A stretch of DNA of 62,261 nucleotides, the filler included, from Sanchytrium tribonematis (Eukaryota), in the NCBI GenBank assembly GCA_018985235.1. It is 8 parts of 8 records of this genome, joined end to end, with 100 filler letters (N's around TTAATTAATTAA, not from the genome) between each part and the next. Parts side by side here need not be neighbours in the genome. Positions count along the whole stretch, not along the records: positions 7,866 to 15,577 come from JADGIG010000419.1; positions 15,678 to 23,383 come from JADGIG010000420.1; positions 23,484 to 31,188 come from JADGIG010000421.1; 5 more parts are not named here. The stretch is one strand, 5' to 3'. Below are positions 11,641 through 24,031 of the stretch, in pieces. Position 1 is the first letter of the stretch; each line of letters begins with the position of its first letter. A model generated the notes under the pieces. That model was given only the letters and a program-made list of their open reading frames with translations. It searched no databases and was not told the origin of the DNA. The position numbers and the translations under genes were made by a program.

Positions 11641-13356
11641 GAATGGCCAGATGAGATTCCTCAATCTCAAGAATTGATTCGTGTAGTATCCAGAGAAGTG
11701 TTCACATTTGATCGTATTAAAGCAGCATTCATTCACGCTAACAGCAACAAAGTATCTGGAGATGCTCTACCAGCCATTTTACTCAAAAACCTACCTGATA
11801 TTGCCTACGAGTTGCTTCAGGCACTCTTCATTCAATCTTATGCGGAGAACAAATTACCAAACTCGTGGCTTTGCTCCACAGTCGTCGATGTTTATAAAGG
11901 TGGGAATCAAGAGGACCCCTCAAGATACCGCCCTATCAATCTATTGTCTTGCTGCTACAAAATCTTCCAACAGATTCTGTATTATAGTCTTTATAGAGAT
12001 AAATTAGACCCAAGTACTAGACAGCATGGCTTCATTAAGCAAAGAAGTTGTGCAACGCAGATCTATTCTGTCATCAATCAAATCAAACACTTCAGAAATT
12101 CTAGACAACCGGTCCATATATTGGCATTAGATCTTAGTGCTGCATTTGACTGTATTTTACATAAAGACATTCATCAATTATTAAAGCCCCATCTTCCTTC
12201 TCATGATTTAAATTTACTAAAATCAATTATCACTAAACAAAGTTTCCACTTAAAAAGAGACTCTGGCCGATCAGTCATTCCATTTCAGCGTGGAACACCA
12301 CAGGGAGGAACCCTCAGTCCACTATTGTTCGCATTTGTAATGGATCGCATACTTATGAGTATCCCAACTACGCCAAATTTCTCAATTCACATATACGCGG
12401 ATGATTTGCTCTTGGTGACTAATAGCTATTTAAACATGCAATTGATTGGTAATTTAATATTATTAAAACTTAAAACCCATGGATTTGTGGCTAACAATTC
12501 AAAATTTCAATATATATGCTCTGAATCGGATATAAGTCATTTACAACTACAAACTGATATCTCAATTGTTAAAACTAATACCATAAAGTATTTGGGTATT
12601 TATTTAAATCGCTATGGTATTGACTACGATGCAGATGTAAAATCTAGAATTGATAAAGTCAATTTCGCCATTAAAAAGATAAAATGGACCAGATCATTCT
12701 TGGTGTTCCAAAGCGCATATATGCGGTTTTATAAAGGTGTATTGATGCCTATTTACACATACGCCATAGAAGCCTATGATAGAGAGGGTATTGAAATGCT
12801 AGAATCCCATAGATCTAAAATTATTCGAAAATTACATTGTAATACATTTCGCTTTTATCAATTCAAAAATAATTATCTTACCCTTCAAAATGCATATTGG
12901 TTGCGAATTCTGCGATTTAACGATCAACTAATTGGCCTTGGCCTGCCTTCTGTACCTTGTCAATATAATTTCAAAAGGGAAATATTCCTCAAAAACGAAT
13001 CTGAAATGATTGATTTTTGGAATGACCAGCCAAAAAGCCTTCGGGCAAGCAGCTTCAAATCTAGTCACTTAATTCTAAAGCTGGCACTAAAGAAGAACCC
13101 TGCACACATCCAAAAATTGTTTGACTCCTTCTTGTTAGGAAAATTACCAAAAAAATCAATTGGAATGAAAAAGGCTATTTGTATTAAATGCGAGAGAGAA
13201 TTTGTTAATCTTGATCATTATGAAAATGATTGCTACTTAGACGTGTACCTTAATAGAGATGCCATCTATCAAATTTTGCAAGGCAATTCGAAACAAGAAA
13301 TTGTTGAGCAATTGAAGAAACTTCAACAGGGTGTAGTTTATAAATGGGTTGCTTGA
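11641..13356 (+). mobile_element. 5'-truncated non-LTR retrotransposon LINE-B (intact RT plus C-terminal CCHC)
   Basis: YRPINLL, QHGF, DLSAAFD, GTPQGGTLSP, YADD, KYLG; C-terminal CIKC...H...C. Confidence 0.92.
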
Positions 13357-13424
13357 AATACAGCAAGAGATACACCGTGGTGTATTTAAACGTACTTTTA
13401 CCACACAGTCATCTCTTCAATAAA

Positions 13425-14594
13425 TCATCTATATATATCCTCAAATGTATTAGGAAGGTAGTCAATATGCTTTCTAGCTAAACCGAAATGCCCATAATCT
13501 CTAAATATATTCTCAATTGCCTTTATTTGTGCTTGTTTATTCATTGGTCTATCCATGAAAAATATCAATGCAAAATCTTTTAATAGTTGTGGTGTTTCTT
13601 TAAATCTGTAACTTGAAAATACTGCTTCAAATAATTCTATCATCAATTCTTAGTATACCCCATTTTGAGTCAATCTATCATCATAATATTGAAGCAAAAT
13701 AATTGCTTGTGCTGGAATACGGCGAATTTCGTAATATTCTAGAGTGGTTCTTTCTAATCTTTCTACTGAGACACCCTTCAAATCAGCCTCTAAATGAAGT
13801 CCTGAATAATACAATGCATTGACAATAGAACCTGGTTCTAAATTGACAATTTCCGCGTTATGGTAACCTTGTTTTACAAATTTTGATTTATACAAAACTT
13901 GTATACTTGCGTAATTTCTCAAATCTGACAATTTTTTGTATTGTGACTCGTAATTAAGTAAATTATTAGTATTTGGGACCGCTTTTAAATCCACATATCT
14001 ATTAGTAGAAATACCGACACGTTCTTCTCCAAATTCTGGTTGATTTTCCATTTCCATTATTTGGCTGGCAACCATGGTGGCACCAATTGCTGTCATACGT
14101 ATTCCAATTCTGCGAAACGGGCCAGTTATTCTACTGCGTGTATTGATAAGGCCTTGACCAAATCTGATCCATAAAGCGCCAGAATTGCGTGGTTCACGAA
14201 AAGATCTCAGCAAATCACTTTCGGAGAGAGGTCCTGTTTGTGATCCCATTGATCTTTTACAAAGTGGATTACCAGAATATTTCATTGCAATCTCAAATGC
14301 CTCTCTAGTCTCTGTAGAAATAGTCAATTTTGGAGGTTTAATTGATAAAATGTTGCGAGCAATCTGAATCCAATTAAATCCAGATGGTAAGCATTGTATT
14401 AATTGATTTGGATCGACCATGTAGAATTGATTCACACATTTAACAAAATTGGATTTCTTTTTCGGTGGCATATTCTGTAATTTTAGAGGCAATGATTTGG
14501 ATAATTGAAAGACATAATCTTTGACTTCCATTGAGGGAATTGATTTCTTTGCAAAAACAAACAAAATTACAAATAACATGGGGAAGGTACTCAT
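13425..14594 (-). CDS. Putative secreted protein (signal peptide, LCKR Kex2-like site) with an in-frame TAA at 13650-13652; possibly a pseudogene
   Basis: Hydrophobic N-terminus MLFVILFVFA; ORF 13425..13646 continues in the same frame after the stop. Confidence 0.5.
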
Positions 14595-14649
14595 TGTGAA
14601 TTTGGATACAAAAAGGAGAACATGTGGTCGTACAAATTGACAAATGGAT

Positions 14650-15577
14650 TCAAAATGAAGATTTACTCAATTTAGTGCCAGTACTATGTCGCTTCTTTGC
14701 TTTTTGTAGAAATTGCATCAATATTCTCAATAATAAACCAGAACTCAATACAAATTTAACCACTGCCAACCATCCAATATGGTACATGGGTGCTACATTG
14801 GGTGAGACACCTTGTAATTCCACTAAATAAGTCATTATTACATGTTTCTAATGTCGTAGTGACACCTGGAACTGATTTGATGGATTGTTTGGTTGTTTTG
14901 GAGAGGGACAAAGTTGTTTTGAGAGAAGTGACAATTTCTGGTCGTGTGACTATTTCAAATACGTGTGTAGATGATTCAATTGTGATGAATGTAGAATCTA
15001 ATTCAGTAGACTCAAGGAGAGTGGATTCTGGCTCAATAGAAGATTCTATTGTTGATTCTAATGTTTCTGTTGTTTCTGGCTCTGTAGTGGCTACATCAGT
15101 TGTTGCAGTAGTGATATCTGTAGTAGATTCACTGGTTAGTTCTGGAATCGTGGTAGTTTGTTGAACCGTAGTTGTTTTGACGATTGGGAGACTTTGAGCA
15201 TCAATGGCACATTTCCCCTTCAAACTCTGTAAAATAGTCACATTCATCCAATTATGAGATAAATCACAGCCTGTCAATACAGTAGTATCTAAAATACTGA
15301 CACCCAATAATTGGTTATACTGTACATACAATTTGATGGGTTTATCAACTGAAATAATGGATTCTAGCAAATTGTAGCTCACATTGAGTGTTTGAATCTG
15401 ACTAGGGACATGTCCAATAGATCCAGTCAATTGATTTGCACTCAAATCAACTATGGTTGCAGTATTTGGAAGTAGACTCAAATCCACTTGTCCATTCAAT
15501 TGCATTTTAGTAAAATTGACTAATTTGATGTGATTATCCACACAACTGACCACACTGCAGCAATCTACTTGCAATTG
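14650..15577 (-). CDS. LRR receptor-like protein, 5'-partial; intron 14823-14841 precedes the TM exon
   Basis: DCC..VSC cap, LRRs, CDLSHN..C cap, Thr-rich stalk; splicing adds TM WLAVVKFVLSSGLLLRILM and a basic tail. Confidence 0.85.
14823..14841 (-). other. 19-nt spliceosomal intron
   Basis: gtaataatgacttatttag; removal joins the stalk to the TM exon. Confidence 0.82.
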
Positions 15578-15677
15578 NNNNNNNNNNNNNNNNNNNNNNN
15601 NNNNNNNNNNNNNNNNNNNNNTTAATTAATTAANNNNNNNNNNNNNNNNNNNNNNNNNNNNNNNNNNNNNNNNNNNN
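15578..15677. other. Artificial contig spacer
   Basis: 100-nt N/TTAATTAATTAA linker. Confidence 0.98.
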
Positions 15678-16263
15678 TAATCAATTTAGTGGTAATTTGA
15701 ATTATAATGATGCAGATACGCAATTAACATTGAATGCATCTTATAATTTATTCAATGGAACAATTACAATTGCTAAAAAGAATCTAGATTCAACGATTAG
15801 AATTCCATTTATTGATATTTCTAATAATCAATTGATTGGCAATTTTGTGTATAGTGGCACCATGGCATACATTCAGAACAATCTATTGAGTGGATTATTG
15901 AAATTACCCAATATTGTCATGATTAATGCTGTAAATAATGGATTTACATCATTTTTAATTAATGCCAATGTAAAACAATGTGATTTATCAAATAATCCAC
16001 AAAATATAAATGTACAGTCACTTTATGATGGTATTTGTATCATGAATGACATGTATGATGCACATTTAGTGAGTATTGGTCCAGAAAATGTGCAAATACT
16101 TCAAATGACGAGTAGTGCGACGAGTAGTAGTGGCACAAGTGAGAGGTCATCTGGTGTTTCTACTGAATCTATTGTTGCAACTAGTGTATCTAGAGCATCT
16201 GATGAATCCACTAAAATTATTGAATTACGGAAATTTAGATCAGAATTACGATTTCCAATTTAA
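15678..16263 (+). pseudogene. 3' part of an LRR receptor-like gene, cut in its Ser-rich stalk where LINE-C begins
   Basis: LNASYNLFNG, IDISNNQLIG and CDLSNNP..C motifs; no TM segment; the LINE-C frame takes over near 16200. Confidence 0.7.
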
Positions 16264-19200
16264 TCAAGATGAATTGAATCAGAGACTAGTAAACACAGAA
16301 ATATTTGGCTCACTGTTCCAGATTATACATGACAATGAAGAAGAAGTATCTTATAGTGGAATGTCTTCTAATTATCAATGTTTGAGCTACTTTTTGGTTT
16401 TATTAGGCCAACAGCCAATTCATCCAGTGTTAGTTGGATTAACCTTCAAATATTTATTTAAATTATCCCAATTTGGTGAAGATAGAGTCCGATTTCCCAT
16501 AATAATCCCAATTTTGACAACTCAATTCAGTGAAGAAATTAGAGACAATTTAGACCAGTCTAATTCCAATGTGCGTGTGACACCAGCACATGTTTACGAA
16601 TTGGTTACAGTGGCTACTCTTGCAAATCATTCCAGTTTTATTCAACAATTCGCTAGTTTTAATTTGACAATTAACAGCAGAAACATGGGTAAATTCCTAT
16701 TATTGAAAGAATTGGATTATTTGGATTTATTTTGTAATTCATTACAATTGAGAGCATCAAACAGCCAATTCTTATTTGATGTATTGGCACATGAATTGCA
16801 TAATCAGAAAAGTGCCCCAAGACCATCAATTCGAAACACGCATTATCATTTGGCAAAACGTGTTTACAATAGTGAAGCAGGACAACTAGTACGAGCTGCA
16901 GATTACCCCAATTCAAGATATTACGAGACAATACAAAATTTATACCATGAATTCACACAATCTCTCACACTTTACAACACCAACAGAGATACTTTACAAC
17001 ACCAACAGAGATACTTTACAACACCAACAGAGATATTTTGAGATATCATTTAAATGTAAATGTGGGCCATCAAATAGCACATGCCAATTCTGCCAATGCC
17101 ACAGCCAACCAATTACCAAGATTGACCCCAATTTAATCCACCTGTCATCCAAGAATCAACACAAAATCAATCCAATGAAATTGAATTACCTGATTCTCCA
17201 ACACCACAAAATAATACGGAAACACCAAATATGATTACAGATGATATTCAAATAAATGATTCTTCTTCTTATTCCATCAGATTGACCAGAAGAAGAATGA
17301 AATTAAAGAAATTCTTGGAAACCAATGATTTATTTATGAATCAATATGGATCTAGAATTGATTTTCAACAGCTCTATTTTATACAACTGCCTAATGCAAC
17401 CTCTTTTAACCTTGAATGTTGGAGAACAAATCCACTTTTGTATTATACTCCAAATTTTGACACCCATAATTTTACACTTCGAACACACCCAGCAATTAAT
17501 AATACATTGCGATTGGGATTAGTAAACATACAGTCTATTTACAGACATTCCAATGTACTGACCCAATTCATTATTGAATATGATATTACAGTTTGTGCAG
17601 TTTCTGAAACAAATATTAATCCAGGATATGGTCCCAATAATCCATTAATTAAATGGTTTAATCCCAAATCAGAGTTCACTAAAGGCAATGGTGTTGCCAT
17701 TTACCCTGATTTATGCAATCCATCAATCAATTTGTTTCAAATCTTAAATTTTTCAAAACACACAATCACTATTAGATTATTGAATTATGTGATTTCTGTT
17801 GTGTATTTACCACCAAGATATCATGATGACCTAATGATTACTGCAGATTTCGTCAATGGCTTTGTACGTCGTTCAGATTTTGTGCTAGGAGATTTCAACA
17901 ATCATTTTTTAATCAAGATTCAACCAGAACTAGATTTATGGAGTTGTTTTGTCAAAATAATCATTTTACAGTACTCACTAGAAATGATATTACTAGAATG
18001 GGCAATGCAAGACAAGCAGATTCATCAAATGATCACATTTTGGTGAAACAAGATCTGCCATTTATTAGGGAAATTTCACGCCTTGTCACAATGATTAAAC
18101 CAGGATTTGATCATAAATTCTACTATTTAGATATTAATTTATCAGAAATCCAAAGTCTAGAAGCAAATATCCCAATGAGAAGATGGAATCAAAAATTATT
18201 AAAGAATGAGAATTGCGTCAATAAAATTCAAATAATGGCAGAAACTAAGTTGATTCCTTACTTTAACAACATCCAATTAGGTGAGAATAATGATGTGCAA
18301 GCTACTTATAATGAGTTTACCTCTATTTTGGATCAAATATTTGACAAAAATTTATCCAATGAATTACAAGCACCCTTTTTACACCTCAATTTAACTACAA
18401 TACATGGTTTGGTATATTACAAGAATTTCCTTGACAACATTCAGTCTCGCGAATTTACTGGAAATGTATCCAAATGGAAAAAGAAGCGCAACAAGCTGTT
18501 TACTCCAAATGCAATTTCTGAAAGTCCCAATGATGCAATTAATCAATTCTTTACTCGTAAATTCAGAAATCTACATCCAGGATATGTAGAAAGTACACAT
18601 ACAGAGATGGATACAATTGAAGAAGATGAATTAATGGATGTTTTTAGACACAAATTGAGCAACAAATCACCAGGCATGGATGAATATTCGAAACAAATTA
18701 TTAAAGTATTGCCACCTGTTGCATTTAATATTATTAGATATTTGTTCAATTTAATAAATTCAACAAATGATATCCCATCTCAATGGAAAATACACAAGAG
18801 TATTTTATCATACAAGAGAAATTCAGCAATGGATTTAGCAAATTACAGAACTTTAACCATGCAATCCATATTTCGCAAATTCTATTCATATTTTATCACC
18901 AAACAATTTAATGCATTTGGTGAATTTATTGATCCTTGCCAGATAGGATTCGTTGCAGGAAAAGATCCTTATTTCGGGATTTTGGCACTTGATTTTTTAT
19001 TGTCCAAAAAGAAATTGGAAAGTATTGGAGAAAATGGTATTCAGCAAGTATTTCTCGATATCAAATCTGCATATGACACAGTACCATGCCATAAATTATG
19101 GCTTTACTTGGAAAGAAAAGGATTTAAAACCAAATTATTGCAAAATTTATTTGATGGAAATTCCACTACAATATTTAAAAATGGCACTCCTGCATGCACA

Positions 19201-19977
19201 GTCAATCTAGAATTGGGACTTGCACAGGGTGATGTGCTCTCCACTTATTTATTTAATATTTTCATTTCCACATTTTTAGCAAGATTGCGTCATTTGAAAT
19301 ATTCACGAATTCAAGGCTATTTGTATGCCTTGATAGTTTATGCAGATGATATTTGTCTCATTTGCAAATGACTTAGACAAATGAATTTATTACTGAGATA
19401 TTTTTCCGAATTTTTATCAGATTCAAATATGTCATGTGATATTATTAAATGTGGCACATTTAATACTGACAGATTAGTACTAATGAACCAACAAATACCA
19501 TTAAAAGATGAATACAAGTATTTGGGAGTAATGTTCTCTAAATTTGGTGTAGATCAAGAGAAATTGTTGGAATTAATTCAAAGAAAAATCAATTTACATT
19601 TTAATTGTGCTCCTAGATTTGGTTTTAGTAATTATGGCTATTCATTATACAACTGCGGCATTTACTTCAAGACATTTTTACGCAGTACAATAGAATATTA
19701 CATTTGTTTATTAAATTTAAAAAATTTTAAAAAGATTAAATCACTTTTATATAGCCACATTAAAAGATATTTCCAGACAAAATCAACCATTTCATGCAAC
19801 AAGGCATTGAATTTATTGTGTGAGCCATTTGAAACAAGATACAATAATCAAAGATCAAAGATTTATAACAAATTAAATGAATTTATAGATGAATCCAACA
19901 GTCATTCAAGGAATCTATTACATTCATTTCAAATGATAACCCAAAAAAGCCATCATTTTTGGGCATCAGCATATTAA
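16202..19977 (+). mobile_element. Degenerate non-LTR retrotransposon LINE-C (N-terminal region, APE, RT)
   Basis: APE: LVNIQSI, AVSET, GNGVAI, VYLPP, LGDFN, DH. RT: KSPGMD, NYRTLT, QIGF, DIKSAYD, GLAQGDVLS, YADD, YKYLG. Several frameshifts and a TGA at 19369. Confidence 0.9.
16969..17034 (+). repeat. Perfect tandem triplication of a 22-bp unit
   Basis: actttacaacaccaacagagat x3. Confidence 0.95.
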
Positions 19978-20229
19978 TTCGACGTTGGCATTCCTCATTT
20001 GCTACTTTGTAGGCCGTTGATGCGCATGGAACCTCTATATTTAGTAAATCAAATATTTCTTAACCTGTGGAAGTCGAAATAATCTCTCGGGATACCCTGT
20101 AGAATATGGTAATAAACATAAAAGCTGGTGTACTTCTTTTTTAATTGGAGGTGGAACAATGTAATTGGTTATTTTGCTACTACTTGTCTCTGTCGTTTGG
20201 TGTGAGTTATAATGATGTAGCAAGTTGGA

Positions 20230-21254
20230 TGGTGAGTTTGAATGTACCAACTGTTTGTATCTCACAATGAAATGGTTGTAACCTTATTCTGATCCAGTAT
20301 GAGCACTTGCTTGATCCCAAACTAACAATCCGGAAATACATAATCCATGTATTTCTTTAATAATTCTTGAGTAACCCAACCTTTTTCGTATAATCGACAA
20401 TCTTGTTTGTTTGGATTTCAATTTTGTTAATCTTTGACGCTGAATTTGTTGGATGTACAATTAATGGAATGATTTTTTCATGATTTTTCTCACTGCACAC
20501 ATTACTGTAACATTTCTCTTTTCACTAAAACCAGCAAAGTTTGGAATTTGATTTACTCCTGTGGTTGCTAATGTTCTTTTAGTTCCCACATCCATCCAAA
20601 TTGCAGTTTCATCTGTAAATACAATCTGACCACTCTAATATAGAGCTGATTTGCTATTAAATTGTAGAATTTGCTTTGCTACTGATTCAATCAAGTATTG
20701 ATCATCTTTTTTCACTAATTGTGTTGCTGCTCTAGGTACAAGATTGTTTCGTTTCAACATCCCATCATACAAATTTCTTGACGCTTTAAATGTTCCATCA
20801 TTAAATGCTTCAAAATCTTTTTTTTCGATCCAATTATATATTCTATCGTAACTAATAATTGATTTGCATAACATTAAAAATTTGATTCTTTCAATAATAA
20901 TATCTTCAATGGATCCAAAATTCATACTGTGCCCAATTGATACCATTTTACGACTGTTTCTACCTCGATATGTAAATATTTTATCAGCATTTTTTCTCCA
21001 ATCTCTAATTGTTTTCGGATCAACTTTGTTCTCTTTTGCAAGCTTTATAATACTAATTAAACCTTGTACTAATTGTAATAAAGCTTAACGTTTATGTTTG
21101 ATCATTAAAGATTGTATTTTACGTGGATGATTTTCATTTGTCATTTTAAAATTTTATGTTTGACCCAATTCATCCGGGGGGAGTTCAGTCAAAAATTTAT
21201 TCTATAGAACTTAGCTTCCCCCGGATGAATTGAGCTGCCAAAAACTTTAGTACG
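20230..21254 (-). mobile_element. Degenerate pogo-family (CENP-B/DDE_1) DNA transposon
   Basis: HTH region FKASRNLYDGMLKRNNLVPR; IVFTDETAIW; EKRNVTVMCAV; LLVWDQASAH; multiple stops. Probable terminus TA|CGTACT near 21254. Confidence 0.8.
21166..21232. repeat. 18-bp inverted repeat (17/18 match), subterminal to the pogo element
   Basis: caattcatccggggggag at 21166-21183 and cttcccccggatgaattg at 21215-21232. Confidence 0.85.
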
Positions 21255-21834
21255 TACATGACCTGTCTATTACACGTATTTAAATATTTCATTTTGACAA
21301 TTTTGTCTCCTGGTAGATGGATTTTTTTGAGATATGATATTTAGTCACGAGCCAAATGGACATTGATTTGACGGATGATCAAGGTATTTCACAAGCAAAA
21401 AATTGTAAACCAAATAGCGAACACAAAAAAAAATAAGATACACATAGAAAGGGTTAAAATAAAGTACAAATAAAGACGACATTGTGAATAAATTTGAATA
21501 AATGCATTGAGAACTTGAGACTTTAATACTCCCAGTTGTCTGCATCGCAGGCACGACTTCAAAATCTTTTGGATAATTCGGTACAAAGTAAATACAACAA
21601 GTAGCATTTGCTGATGTGCCTTATTTCGCCAAAGAAAAGGCTGGAAATGACAGATTAGTCAATTCACTAAATTATGACCAAGTCAAATTAAATTGTCAAT
21701 TAAACAAGGTGAGATCGGAAGCAGATCAGCTTAAACTATAGATTGAAACAGCCAAGAACAACATTCGAGCTATGTTGGATTTGGGCGTCATGAAAGATGA
21801 GATCATGCTCATTTATGATGAAGGTCTCAAAGTA

Positions 21835-22943
21835 CATTTGTCAAGGGGTTTTTGACCACCCCTCATGACACTTTCAAATGAGCAAAAGATGACCATAGTC
21901 AACTGCAAGACACTCGATTTAAAATGGAAACAAATTGGCATTATAGTAAATAGAAAATGGGAAACTTGCCGCAGCTTTTTTAAGAAATTTAAGTTAATGA
22001 AAGATTTGCCACCAAAAGAAATCATTCATAAATACAAAATTACAGCACATACGGGACTGAAAACTAAAGACATCATTGCAGAGGACCCATTACTACCACT
22101 CAGACACATCGAAGCACAATTAGAACAAAATGTGTCATATGAAATTATTCGTCAGTAAAAGCAGCATCCCAATGAATACATGATCTGCGCCATACTGGTG
22201 GCAAACCCATGGAAGTTCTGGGCGAAAATAGAATTAAGAGCACAAAATGTCATTAAGAGAATAAACTTTGCGGATATATACGTTGATAGACCACTCATTT
22301 ATTGGAGAAACATTCTGTGGTCTGACGAATGCACGTTTAAAAGCCATCCAAATAACAGAAATATTACATTTTGGACAAGATACGATGACCCTTATGAACA
22401 AAACATCATTAATCCCCGGAAGCAACAAGGTGGATTGAGTGTTATGATTTGGGCATGTTTCTCATATAATGCCTGGGGACCACTTGAAGTGGTAGATGGC
22501 TATATGAAAAGTGCGCAATATTGTAGTCTGATGTCTTGCCACATGACTCCAGAGCTTCAAGTGAGTGAAATCCCATTAATGTTCATGCAGGACGGCGCAA
22601 AGTGCCATACTAGTGCTGAAACAATTTCCTTCCTAAATCGAGAAGGCGTTATTTTATTTGGACCTTGGCCCCCGCAATGTCCAGACATGAACCCAATTGA
22701 ATGGGTGTGGGGGTTTCTCAAGATTCGCTTGCAGTATTTCCGACCATTTCCGAAGACAAAATTAGAATTAATCGAAGCTGTGATGAAACTATGGACTGAA
22801 TTGACTGATGAATATAGACATAAGCTGGTAGACGGAATGCCCAAGCGTATACAAGAATTGAAAAAAAGAAAGGGCCAGTGGACTATGAATTAATAAATTT
22901 TTAAGTTAAATTTTGGGGGTGGTCAAAAACCCCTTGACAAATG
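21835..22943 (+). mobile_element. Tc1/mariner DNA transposon, 1109 bp, DD35E transposase (21865-22893) with an in-frame TAA at 22156
   Basis: Perfect 28-bp TIRs catttgtcaaggggtttttgaccacccc flanked by TA on both sides; WSDE, VMIWACF, FMQDGA, WPPQCPDMNPIEWVW. Confidence 0.95.
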
Positions 22944-22945
22944 TA

Positions 22946-23290
22946 GAATAAGTCAAATGAGGAATTATAGGGTAAGGTTTGGAGATAAATGACTTTAATG
23001 ATCCATTTCTGTCCCCACGACATTTATAGGAGAGAATCTTTATTTGATCTAAGCTGTCAAATATTGAACAATCAGTGGATATTTCTTCATCGTCAACATT
23101 ACCACCTAGCATTCTGGGCCGGAATTGTAAGTGATAAAGTAGCAAAGGAAGTATTGATTGATGGGTAGTCTGTTTTGAAACCCCCAATTACCCTAGGGGA
23201 GTTGAATTTGACTAACGAGATGTCAGACGTCCAGAAGGCACAATTTGTGCAAAGATCACAGTGAATGGAATAAATATCTGAGTTACAAGT
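22946..23290 (-). mobile_element. Fragment of a LINE-A relative (diGly motif plus APE start)
   Basis: RPRMLGGN...DQIKILSYKCRGDRNGSL...HLT matches LINE-A ARIRGGN...DQIHTFDIISYNCRGNRNGSL...HLT. Confidence 0.75.
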
Positions 23291-23383
23291 TCATTCATTG
23301 GCTAAATCGAATATTTTGAAGTGGGGAATTTCATTTTACATTTGGTTTATTCACTCAAATAATTCATCGTGTTTGCCCTATTT

Positions 23384-23483
23384 NNNNNNNNNNNNNNNNN
23401 NNNNNNNNNNNNNNNNNNNNNNNNNNNTTAATTAATTAANNNNNNNNNNNNNNNNNNNNNNNNNNNNNNNNNNNNNNNNNNNN
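23384..23483. other. Artificial contig spacer
   Basis: 100-nt N/TTAATTAATTAA linker. Confidence 0.98.
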
Positions 23484-24031
23484 GTTAATATGCCCACATC
23501 GTTGAATGGGTGTCTTTGTTGATTCAGATGGATCCATTTGCATTTCGGAAGTGCAGCCTGCGTGGATAATAGAATCGCCAAATGTGTGGATTTCGATTGT
23601 TTCTTGCGTTTTGTGGGCAGGACAGTTTAAAATAAAGCCATTTTGTTTCAGTTTGAATAGCAATTTGATAAACTGAGATTTATCTGTAATTTGAGACTTC
23701 AATTTGCTTAAAAGTGTTGAAATGAAATTGGTGGTTGTTACAGTTTGCTTATGGCCCAACACAATAAGATTTTGAGATTGCGTAATTTGTGGCACGTGGC
23801 TCTCCGGCTGTTTGACATTCATTTGAGAGTCATTTGAAGAGTCACTGAGATGCGAAGATGCGAAACCATTGTCGAATGATTCAATATCATTAGAATTTGT
23901 TGAGTGGATGATGGGTTTTACAATTTCGATGGAATCGTGTAATTTGTGCGTGTTGTAATTGTTGTTTTGAGTATTTTCAGGCATGATCTGTGCGTTTACA
24001 GAAGAGAGAGTAGCTTCTCCGAGTGTCATTG
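23484..24031 (-). other. Foreign ORF fragment, probably TE-derived, replacing the 3' end of an LRR gene
   Basis: Homology to the LRR paralog stops abruptly after LPTFPD at about 24032; an open frame with a low-complexity region and C/H residues runs to the contig end. Confidence 0.45.

Noticed and set aside
13637..13658. 22-nt GT-AG candidate intron covering the stop at 13650
   Set aside because: Splicing shifts into a frame that ends after about 17 codons, and it does not fit the 19-nt consensus; unresolved.
16969..17034. Direct repeats as a possible CRISPR array
   Set aside because: No spacers, eukaryotic context, and located inside a LINE.
7870..19977. RTs as group II intron, retron or DGR enzymes
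   Set aside because: APE endonuclease domains, CCHC knuckles and motif spacing identify them as eukaryotic non-LTR retrotransposons.
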